Shown here: positions 10,981 to 18,653 of the stretch, in pieces
How positions within the stretch are numbered: the stretch's first letter is position 1
Layout of the letters: every line of letters begins with the position of its first letter
Origin: Bacteroidota bacterium
Lineage (GTDB): Bacteria > Bacteroidota > Bacteroidia > Flavobacteriales > Flavobacteriaceae
Assembly (NCBI GenBank): GCA_051748125.1
Contig: JBNJHC010000008.1
Coordinates: 43,975-107,974 of the forward strand
DNA: 64,000 nt
Direction of reading: 5' to 3'
Program-made: the position numbers and the translations under genes
The notes under the pieces: model-generated
What the model saw: the letters and a program-made list of their open reading frames with translations, nothing else
Database searches by the model: none
Told to the model about the DNA's origin: nothing

Positions 10981-11781
10981 ATGAAAAAATCCGCTTTAGC
11001 GTTGTTTATATTGACTTTACTATTCATGTCTTCATGTATAGGTCCTAAGAAATTGATTTACCTTCAGCAAGATGAAGATAGTGAAGCTGCTCAAGATTCG
11101 CTATTAACGCTGCAAGAAGTACAAAAACCTTACCGCGTTCAAGTCAATGATATTTTGAGTATTCGGGTAAAGGCAATCGATCAGGAATTGGTTGGGATGT
11201 TTAACCCGATAGACGATTCTAATGCCGATGCCACTACCGAAGAAAAAGCTTATTTCGACGGTTACCGCATCGATAGGCGAGGGGAAATCCGCATTCCAAC
11301 GATGGGGAAGCTCAAAGTGGTGGGAATGACACTTGAAGAAATAGAAACCCTTATTGAAAAGGAGTTGCTAGAGAGTTATTTCACCGAAAAAGCCAACTTG
11401 TTTGTTACCGTCAAATTGCCGGGTATTCGCTATACCACAATGGGTGAAATTGGTTCGCCTGGCGGACAAGTGGTTTATAAACAGCAAGTAAGCATAATGG
11501 AAGCCTTGGCAAATTCGGGTGATATTTTAATGACAGGCGATCGAAAAAATGTAAAGATATTGCGACAATATCCTGAGGGAAAACGAATTCACCACATCGA
11601 CTTAACGTCTATAGATGCAGTCAATTCGCCTTATTATTACATTCAACCAAACGATTTGATTTTGGTTAATCCGTTGCCACAAAAATCCTACGGAATCGGT
11701 ACCGATGGATTTGGAACATTAGCAACGGTACTCGGATTAGTTTCTACGGTAGCAATATTAATTTGGAGATTTAATAGGTAA
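10981..11781 (+). CDS. wza: Polysaccharide export outer-membrane protein (Wza family)
   Basis: Lipoprotein-type signal (LLFMSSCIG), Poly_export-like PYRVQVNDILSIRV, and an SLBB-like segment. The stop overlaps the wzc start. Confidence 0.85.
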   Translation: MKKSALALFILTLLFMSSCIGPKKLIYLQQDEDSEAAQDSLLTLQEVQKPYRVQVNDILSIRVKAIDQELVGMFNPIDDSNADATTEEKAYFDGYRIDRRGEIRIPTMGKLKVVGMTLEEIETLIEKELLESYFTEKANLFVTVKLPGIRYTTMGEIGSPGGQVVYKQQVSIMEALANSGDILMTGDRKNVKILRQYPEGKRIHHIDLTSIDAVNSPYYYIQPNDLILVNPLPQKSYGIGTDGFGTLATVLGLVSTVAILIWRFNR

Positions 11782-14240
11782 TGCAAGACGAAGAATTTAG
11801 CATAGATGAATCAACTGTCAATTTCGATTTTAAAGGATTTCTCTTTAAAATACTAAGTTATTGGTGGCTGTTTTTAATCAGTATCATTATAGGTTTAGGC
11901 GTTGCTTATTACATTAGTGTCCGAAAATTACCCGTATATCAACTTTCGAGTTTAATTGCGGTTAAAGATAATTCTAATCCTTTATTCACTTCCAATACTA
12001 GCCTAACTTTCAATTGGGGCGGCACTTCCAGTAAAGTCAATTCCACAGTTGTAACCTTACAAACCCGTACACACAACGAAAAGGTCGTCAAGGAATTAGA
12101 GTTTTACATCAATTACTTAAGGCAAGGCGAGTATCAGATTGAAGATGCCTACGGAAAAGTTCCTTTTGAAGTTCAATTAGATTCTTCTGCACTACAATTG
12201 CTTAACCAGCAATTTAAAATTCGGTTTGTGGACGAAAACAGCTTCGAATTAATTTTTGAAACGGAAGAAGCATTTGGCGGAAAGCTTTATAATTATTACA
12301 CCGAAGATGAAGTTCAAACCCATTTTATCGCTCAGGATTTTATTAAGGAATACAAATTTGGCGAAAAAATTGAAACGCCATTTTTCAACGGAATTATTAA
12401 TCGTTCTAATATTCCTGTTCAGCCTGGAAGCGAATATTTCTTTAGTTTTAGTCATTTGAATTCCGTCGTCAGCACCTACCAAAATATAATGGTCAATGCT
12501 GAAAAAGACAAAGGTTCTATTTTAAATTTGACCTTGCGTGGACAGAACAAAAAGCGCATTGTAGATTACCTCAATACCACCGTTGAAGTCTTGAGTCAAG
12601 ATATGTTGGATCGTAAAAATTTATTTGCTACGAAAACCATCAATTTTATCGATTCGATGTTAGTCGATCGTGCGCGTGATTTACGCGAAGTTCAAGATGA
12701 ACTAGACAGCTTTAAAACCGAACGGAATGTATTTGATTTAGATGCCGAAAGCGAGCAATACCGTACACGATTACTAGAACTTGATAAAGAAGAACGCGAA
12801 GTTCAAAAAAGCTTAAATTATTACGAAATATTAGAAGAGTATTTGCGTACCAGAAACGATTATTCAGATGTTCCTGCTCCTTCCGTTTCTGGAATTACCG
12901 AACCGAGTATTTCGAGTGCGGTCAATAAAATTATAGAACTTTCTGAGCAACGAAGCTCGTATCGTTATTCAGCAAAACCAGAAGCGCCTGTTATTTTTGA
13001 TGATATCGACCGTCAAATCGATGCAACCAAATCGGTTTTACTCGAAAATATCGAGTCTTCTCAAAAGTTATTGCAGCGTGAACTCAACAACATAAAAGCT
13101 GATATTTTTGAAATTGAAAACAAAGTCAGAGAACTGCCACAAGATCAGCAAGATTTACTAAAAATCGAGCGTCGCTATGAGCTTTCACAAGAAACCTATA
13201 ACCTGTTTTTATCCAAGAAAAATGAGGCGGGATTAATTCGTGCTGCTAATGTTTCAGATGTTATTGTAATCGATGAAGCCAAAGATGTTGGCAGCGGAAA
13301 AATCGGTCCTAACAATCAATTGAATTACGTTATGGCATTGTTGATTGGCGGTTTTGTGCCGTTGATATTTGTGTTTTTGTTAGTCATGCTCGACAACAAA
13401 GTCAACAACCCTAAAGACTTACTCAAAAACAGCCAAATCCCGATGCTTGGAGTCATTGGCAAAAGTTCTATTAAGGGGAATTTAGCGGTGCTAAAAAAAC
13501 CTAGAGGAGCTGTAGCTGAAAGTTTTCGAGCGATAAGAACCAGTTTGAAATTTACGTTTAAACAAAAAGAAGACAACAGCTCTAAAGTGTTGATGAGTAC
13601 TTCGTCCATTTCTGGGGAAGGAAAAACCTTTACGGCTATCAACTTGGCTTCGGTGTTTTCGTTAAGCGGAAAGAAAACAGTTTTAGTGGGATTAGATTTG
13701 CGTAAACCTAAGATTTTTGATGATTTTGGAATCAATAACAAACTCGGTGTTGTTAATTATTTAATCGGTCATAATAGCCTAGATGAAGTTACCCAGTTTT
13801 CGGGTTATGATAATTTAGACCTTATTACTTCTGGTCCTGTACCACCTAATCCATCCGAATTATTAATGGATGATCGAATGGATGAATTGATGACTTCGTT
13901 AAAAGAAAAATACGATTATATCATTTTAGATACGCCGCCAATAGGATTGGTTTCAGACGCTTTAAACCTCGTAAAACACGTTGATGCCACATTGTATTTG
14001 GTTAGACAGAACTACACCAAAAAAGCCATGCTAAATGTGATTAATGATAAGTATCATTCTGGCGAAATAAAAAACATAAGTTTCTTGTTGAATTACTTCG
14101 AGCAAAAAGCGAAATATGGCTATGGTTACGGATATGGCTACGGCTATGGTTACGGCTACGGCTATGGAAAATATGGCGATGCTTACCTCAAACGCGATAA
14201 AAAACGCAGTTGGATCAGGCGAATTCTTACAGGGAAGTGA
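11781..14240 (+). CDS. wzc: Chain-length determinant / tyrosine autokinase (Wzc/GumC-like)
   Basis: 819 aa. Two TM segments flank a long coiled periplasmic region. C-terminal P-loop ATPase (STSSISGEGKTFTA, ILDTPP) and a Tyr-rich tail (YG repeat). Confidence 0.85.
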   Translation: MQDEEFSIDESTVNFDFKGFLFKILSYWWLFLISIIIGLGVAYYISVRKLPVYQLSSLIAVKDNSNPLFTSNTSLTFNWGGTSSKVNSTVVTLQTRTHNEKVVKELEFYINYLRQGEYQIEDAYGKVPFEVQLDSSALQLLNQQFKIRFVDENSFELIFETEEAFGGKLYNYYTEDEVQTHFIAQDFIKEYKFGEKIETPFFNGIINRSNIPVQPGSEYFFSFSHLNSVVSTYQNIMVNAEKDKGSILNLTLRGQNKKRIVDYLNTTVEVLSQDMLDRKNLFATKTINFIDSMLVDRARDLREVQDELDSFKTERNVFDLDAESEQYRTRLLELDKEEREVQKSLNYYEILEEYLRTRNDYSDVPAPSVSGITEPSISSAVNKIIELSEQRSSYRYSAKPEAPVIFDDIDRQIDATKSVLLENIESSQKLLQRELNNIKADIFEIENKVRELPQDQQDLLKIERRYELSQETYNLFLSKKNEAGLIRAANVSDVIVIDEAKDVGSGKIGPNNQLNYVMALLIGGFVPLIFVFLLVMLDNKVNNPKDLLKNSQIPMLGVIGKSSIKGNLAVLKKPRGAVAESFRAIRTSLKFTFKQKEDNSSKVLMSTSSISGEGKTFTAINLASVFSLSGKKTVLVGLDLRKPKIFDDFGINNKLGVVNYLIGHNSLDEVTQFSGYDNLDLITSGPVPPNPSELLMDDRMDELMTSLKEKYDYIILDTPPIGLVSDALNLVKHVDATLYLVRQNYTKKAMLNVINDKYHSGEIKNISFLLNYFEQKAKYGYGYGYGYGYGYGYGYGKYGDAYLKRDKKRSWIRRILTGK

Positions 14241-14244
14241 TTTT

Positions 14245-14560
14245 CAATTTTGAAATGCGAAATAATAATTTTGAATTTTGAAATGTGAATTGTAAACGGT
14301 TCTCAACACTTCAACTTCACTCAGTGCCGGCAATCTCGAACTTGAAACAGGAGAGAAACAAAAAAAGGAAAGCCGAACTTGAAGCATATAAAATTATAGC
14401 TAAAAGCAATACATTGATGTTTAGCTTCGAGCCTCTCAATTCTTCGAGATAAACTCAGTCGAGAAGTGGCTCATTTCAGACTCTTTAACTTGACAGGTTG
14501 GGAGAATCAAAGCGATTTGAAATAATAATTTTGAATTGATAATTTTGAAATTTGAACTAC
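14245..14560. repeat. Family A composite repeat, copy 1
   Basis: Aligns nearly base-for-base with 15402-15735. Made of a TGAATTT word array, the module ggttctcaacacttcaacttcactcagtgccggcaatctcgaacttgaaaca, and the core ttagcttcgagcctctcaattcttcgagataaactcagtcgagaagtg at 14421-14468. Confidence 0.9.
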
Positions 14561-14628
14561 ACTTAAAAAAATATTTTTAAAGTTCTTTTTTTGAGAACTA
14601 ATTGTATATTTGTATCATAATTTGGCTC

Positions 14629-14925
14629 ATGAAACGAATTATTGCGAAAAGTACGCTGAGAGAATTTTGGGAAAAACACGCTGATTCCGAACAGTATTTG
14701 AAAACTTGGTATGATACTGCTAAAAGTGCTAACTGGTTTTCTCCAAATGATGTAAAGCAGACTTATGTTTCAGTAAGTATTCTAAAAAATGGTCGAGTTG
14801 TTTTCAATATAAAAGGAAACTCTTATCGGCTTGTAGTTAAATTTAACTATGAAAAACAATGGGCGTTTATTCGATTTATTGGAACTCATCCTGAATATGA
14901 TAAAATAAACGCTGACACGATTTAA
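14629..14925 (+). CDS. higB: Type II toxin HigB-family mRNA interferase
   Basis: MKRIIAKSTLREFWEKH..NSYRLVVKFNYEKQWAFIRFIGTHPEYDKI matches the HigB_toxin pattern. ATG at 14629 preferred over the listed TTG. Confidence 0.8.
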   Translation: MKRIIAKSTLREFWEKHADSEQYLKTWYDTAKSANWFSPNDVKQTYVSVSILKNGRVVFNIKGNSYRLVVKFNYEKQWAFIRFIGTHPEYDKINADTI

Positions 14926-14937
14926 ACAAAATTGATT

Positions 14938-15312
14938 ATGGATTTAAGACCTATTAAAAACGAGAAAGACTACCGAAACGCACTTGAACGTTTGGAAGTG
15001 ATTTTTGATGCTCCAATTGATACAAAAGAAGGTGATGAAGCTGAAATTTTATCATTGATGATCGAAAATTATGAAAATGAACACTATCCAATCGAGTCAC
15101 CAGATCCAATCGAAGCGATAAAAATACGTATGGAAGAATTGAATTTGCGTCAAAAGGACTTAGTAGGGGTAATTGGCGGAAAGAGCCGAGTATCTGAAAT
15201 CTTAAATCGTAAAAAGAAGTTGACTGTTGAAATGATTAGAGAATTAGAACGCTTACTCCAAATTTCAGCTTCAGTTTTAGTCAATAACTATCAACTTGTT
15301 AAAAAACAATAA
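14938..15312 (+). CDS. higA: HigA-family antitoxin (HTH)
   Basis: Lies 12 bp downstream of higB. C-terminal HTH-like segment (LRQKDLVGVIGGKSRVSEILNRKKKLTVEMIRELERLL), typical of HigA partners. Confidence 0.75.
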   Translation: MDLRPIKNEKDYRNALERLEVIFDAPIDTKEGDEAEILSLMIENYENEHYPIESPDPIEAIKIRMEELNLRQKDLVGVIGGKSRVSEILNRKKKLTVEMIRELERLLQISASVLVNNYQLVKKQ

Positions 15313-15401
15313 GGGGTAACAATTCATAATTGTAATTAGTAAATTGAAAAAACCTCGGAGGCTGAGTGACTCGATGGTAATCGAGTTGTACCGAAGTCAA
15401 A

Positions 15402-15735
15402 GAATTTTGAATTGCGAAATAATAATTTTGAATTTTGAAATGTGAATTGTAAACGGTTCTCGACACTTTGACTTCGCTCAATGCTGGCAAGCTCGAACTT
15501 GAAACAAAGGAGGGACTCGAACTTGAAACAGGAGAGAAACAAAAAAAAAGGAAAGCCGAACTTGAAACATATAAAATTATAGCTAAAAGCAATACATTGA
15601 TGTTTAGCTTCGAGCCTCTCAATTCTTCGAGATAAACTCAGTCGAGAAGTGGCTCATTTCAAACTCTTTAACTTGACAGGTTGGGAGAATCAAAGCGATT
15701 TGAAATAATAATTTTGAAATCTGAACTGTCAAATT
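15402..15735. repeat. Family A composite repeat, copy 2
   Basis: Direct repeat of 14245-14560 with one extra ctcgaacttgaaac sub-unit. Core at 15604-15651. Confidence 0.9.
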
Positions 15736-15910
15736 TGAATTTTGAACTATCAAATGTAAAATACAAAGCCCTAAAAAATCCCTTTGTATAAAAAATTGTA
15801 GAACTAAAGAATATCTGTATTTTTGGGAAAAATTAATCAATAGCAAGTAAATTAATCAATGTTATGAAAAACAATATGATACCTTGCTTTATAACATCTT
15901 TTGAAATCTT

Positions 15911-17191
15911 ATGGAATATAAAATAGCGATCATCGGTTTGGGGTATGTGGGCTTGCCATTGGCAGTTGCATTTGCTGAAAAATACGAAGTTATTGGTTTT
16001 GATATCAATCAAAGTCGGGTAGATGAATTGGCGAAAGGCCACGATCATACGCTGGAAGTAGCGGATGAAGATCTGCAAAAAGTGCTTCAGCAGAAAGGTC
16101 AGTTTGGTTTAAAAGTTACTGCTAATCCTGATGATTTGGTTGCGGCAAATTTTTATGTCGTTACGGTGCCAACACCAACGGATAAAAATCGCCAGCCTGT
16201 TTTAACGCCATTGATTAAAGCTAGTGAAACCATCGGGAAACAGCTTCAAAAGGATGATATTGTCGTGTATGAATCTACGGTGTATCCTGGCGTAACGGAA
16301 GATGTTTGCGTGCCGGTGTTAGAAGAATTTTCAGGAATGACTTTTAATCAGGATTTTTATGTGGGCTATTCCCCTGAACGCATTAACCCAGGTGATAAAA
16401 AACACACGGTTACCAAAATTTTGAAAGTAACTTCTGGGTCAACTCCAGAAATTGCTGAGCGAGTTGATGAAGTCTATAAAAGTGTTATCACTGCTGGAAC
16501 GCATTTGGCTTCTTCCATAAAGGTAGCTGAGGCGGCTAAAGTGATTGAAAACTCACAACGGGATATCAATATCGCTTTTGTAAATGAACTCTCTAAAATA
16601 TTTCGATTATTAGCTATCGATACCGATGATGTACTGGAAGCGGCTGCTACGAAATGGAATTTTATCAAATTCACTCCCGGATTGGTTGGAGGACATTGCA
16701 TTGGAGTAGATCCGTATTATTTAGCCCAAAAAGCACAAGAAGTCGGTTATAACCCAGAAATCATTCTTTCAGGGAGAAGAATGAACGACGGAATGGGACG
16801 TTATGTAGCTAACGAAGTCATTAAATTGATGCTAAACAACGAGGCTAAAGTCAAAAATGGTAAAGCCTTGGTGTTGGGAATCACTTTCAAAGAAAATTGT
16901 CCCGACACACGGAATACGAAAGCAATTGATGTCATCGACGAGCTAAAAGCTTACAACATGGAAGTTGATGTTTGCGATCCGTGGGCAAATCCAGCTGAGG
17001 TAAAAGAACTTTTTGATATCGATTTAATCAGTAACTGCAAAGATTTAACCGAAACCTATGAAGCAGTTGTATTGGCCGTTTCTCACGAAGAATTTTTAGA
17101 ACTGGATTATTCCCGTTTAACAAACGATAAAGGAGTGGTTTTTGATGTAAAATCAATTCTACCAAAACACATCGTAGACGGAAGACTGTAG
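15911..17191 (+). CDS. Nucleotide-sugar 6-dehydrogenase (UDP-GlcNAc/ManNAc dehydrogenase-like, TviB/WbpO type)
   Basis: N-terminal IAIIGLGYVGLPLAVAF Rossmann motif, catalytic GGHCIGVDPYY, 426 aa. Confidence 0.9.
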   Translation: MEYKIAIIGLGYVGLPLAVAFAEKYEVIGFDINQSRVDELAKGHDHTLEVADEDLQKVLQQKGQFGLKVTANPDDLVAANFYVVTVPTPTDKNRQPVLTPLIKASETIGKQLQKDDIVVYESTVYPGVTEDVCVPVLEEFSGMTFNQDFYVGYSPERINPGDKKHTVTKILKVTSGSTPEIAERVDEVYKSVITAGTHLASSIKVAEAAKVIENSQRDINIAFVNELSKIFRLLAIDTDDVLEAAATKWNFIKFTPGLVGGHCIGVDPYYLAQKAQEVGYNPEIILSGRRMNDGMGRYVANEVIKLMLNNEAKVKNGKALVLGITFKENCPDTRNTKAIDVIDELKAYNMEVDVCDPWANPAEVKELFDIDLISNCKDLTETYEAVVLAVSHEEFLELDYSRLTNDKGVVFDVKSILPKHIVDGRL

Positions 17192-17221
17192 TATTCCATT
17201 CAAATTTTATATATTGTACTA

Positions 17222-17258
17222 TTAGCGGTTGGTTTGAAGCATTCAAGTCAACCGCTAA
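17222..17258 (+). terminator. Hairpin downstream of the dehydrogenase gene
   Basis: ttagcggttg..caaccgctaa, a 9-10 bp perfect stem. The T tract after it is weak. Confidence 0.35.
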
Positions 17259-17428
17259 ACTGTTTATAGACGTGTTTTGTAAGCGTTAAAATAATTAAGA
17301 AAATGCCCTTGTAATTTTTTCCATTTTCTGTATTAACTCCTATATTTGAGCTTTCAATAATGAATCATTTTCGCACAGTAAGCCAATCAAAAATGGGACT
17401 TGCTGCGGCGAAGCCGTGGAGAGTTTTG

Positions 17429-17640
17429 GTCGCTGACGCTCCCGTTGTGGGGTTCGCCTCGCTTCGCTTGCTCACTGTTATGGGGTTGCTATCGCAACTG
17501 TTTAGGCGATAGATTTGATTTCAAAATACGATTTAGGTACTAAGCATAACAAATTACAACAGCGAGCTTTGCGAGCACCACAACAGCAGATAAGCGCAGC
17601 GATATCTGCCCCACAACAGAAACCGAAGGTTTCCTACAAC
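17429..17640. repeat. Family X GC-rich palindromic element, copy 1 (short form)
   Basis: GTTGTGGGG/GTTATGGGG words on the left and CCACAACAG/CCCCACAACAG on the right, around a conserved AT-rich centre (gcgatagatttgatttcaaaatacgatttaggtac). Confidence 0.85.
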
Positions 17641-17706
17641 ACTTTTTGAAGTTAAGCCAAATTGTATAAAACAGATTAAAGTTGTATTTTTACTAAAAAT
17701 CAAGTT

Positions 17707-17934
17707 ATGAAAAGGGATGTGCTTATTAGTCAAACAATAAAAAAAATCAAGCAATTACCTGATTACAGACTAAAAGAAGTCAATAGTTATGTTGATTTTT
17801 TATTGAGTAAAATTGATGATCAGATTCTGTTAGAGAATATTAAAGATTTGTCAATGCAATCAGATTCATTTGATTTTTTAAATGATGATGAAGAATTATA
17901 TGAGGTTTCTGATGTTAAGGAACATTACCAATGA
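17707..17934 (+). CDS. Putative antitoxin of the adjacent PemK/MazF toxin
   Basis: 75-aa ORF overlapping the toxin start by 4 nt. Small acidic C-terminus. Assignment rests on position only. Confidence 0.6.
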   Translation: MKRDVLISQTIKKIKQLPDYRLKEVNSYVDFLLSKIDDQILLENIKDLSMQSDSFDFLNDDEELYEVSDVKEHYQ

Positions 17935-18260
17935 GAAAAGGAGACATTGTTTTAATTCCATTTCCTTTTTCTGATTTGACAGGAACAAAAAAACGACCAG
18001 CTGTAATTTTACTTAATGCTGCTGATGATGTGGTGTTATGTTTTATCACTTCACAGTTAAAATGGAAATCTGAATATGATTTAACACTCATGCCATCTGA
18101 AAAAAATGGTATTAAAAAAGAATCTATCATTCGCATAACGAAGTTGGTAACTTTAAGCAAAGATCTTGTTATTGGTAAACTAGGAGAGCTTGACCAAGAA
18201 GAAACTCTTCTTTTAAATAAAAATATAATAAGAGCTTTTAGGCTAAATAACAGCGAGTAA
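17931..18260 (+). CDS. mazF: PemK/MazF-family type II toxin
   Basis: MRKGDIVLIPFPFSDLTGTKKRPAVIL is the hallmark MazF/PemK N-terminus. 109 aa. Confidence 0.85.
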   Translation: MRKGDIVLIPFPFSDLTGTKKRPAVILLNAADDVVLCFITSQLKWKSEYDLTLMPSEKNGIKKESIIRITKLVTLSKDLVIGKLGELDQEETLLLNKNIIRAFRLNNSE

Positions 18261-18552
18261 TGTTGTTAGGTCGCTGGTGCTCTCGTTGTGGGGTTCGCCT
18301 CGCTTCGCTTGCTCACTGTTGTGGGGTCGCTGGCGCTCCTGTTGTGTTGCGCCTTTCGGCGCGTTGTGGGTTGCTATCGCAACTGTTTAGGCGATAGATT
18401 TGATTTCAAAATACGGATTTTAGGTACAGAGCATAACAAATAACAACAGCGAGCTTTGCGAGCACCATAACAGGCAACTTGTTGCCGCCACAACAGCAGA
18501 TAAGCGCAGCGATATCTGCCCCACAACAGAAACCGAAGGTTTCCCACAACAC
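18261..18552. repeat. Family X GC-rich palindromic element, copy 2 (long form)
   Basis: About five GTTGTGG-type words with 13-23 nt spacers, the same AT-rich centre, then about five CCACAAC-type words. Spacers are mini-hairpins (gcgcc-tttc-ggcgc, ggcaac-tt-gttgcc, gcagata..tatctgc, gaaacc-gaa-ggtttc). Confidence 0.9.
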
Positions 18553-18653
18553 TTTTTGAAGTTAAGCCAAATTACATAAAACAGATTAAAGTTATATTTC
18601 TACTAAAAATCAAATTATGAAAAGGGATGCTTCAAGAATTTATGGACTAATCA

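Noticed and set aside
557-13741. Antisense or shadow ORFs inside strong genes (557-787, 1386-1706, 3150-3359, 7237-7461, 9017-9253, 10178-10441, 12249-12482, 12256-12459, 13325-13741, and similar ones later such as 22390-22668, 25122-25340, 39306-39560, 58202-58447, 58995-59300, 59938-60180)
   Set aside because: Each is fully contained in a longer ORF with clear family motifs. They have odd composition typical of antisense frames in AT-rich DNA.
15299-15846. ORFs inside family A repeats (15299-15622, 15336-15542, 15619-15846, 30827-31103, 32771-33094) that share peptides such as FQVRAESRTTDTSRLSLSRRIERLEAKQY
   Set aside because: The shared peptide only reflects repeated DNA. The ORFs are antisense to the cassette genes, differ in start and end between copies, and are low-complexity. 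They are treated as non-coding.
18265-18271. Integron attC / cassette array interpretation (GTTAGGT matches the attC core GTTRRRY)
   Set aside because: A 7-bp match is expected by chance. The dominant word GTTGTGG does not fit GTTRRRY. No R''-L''/L'-R' attC architecture and no intI or attI were seen. The integron analogy is kept only as an organisational comparison.
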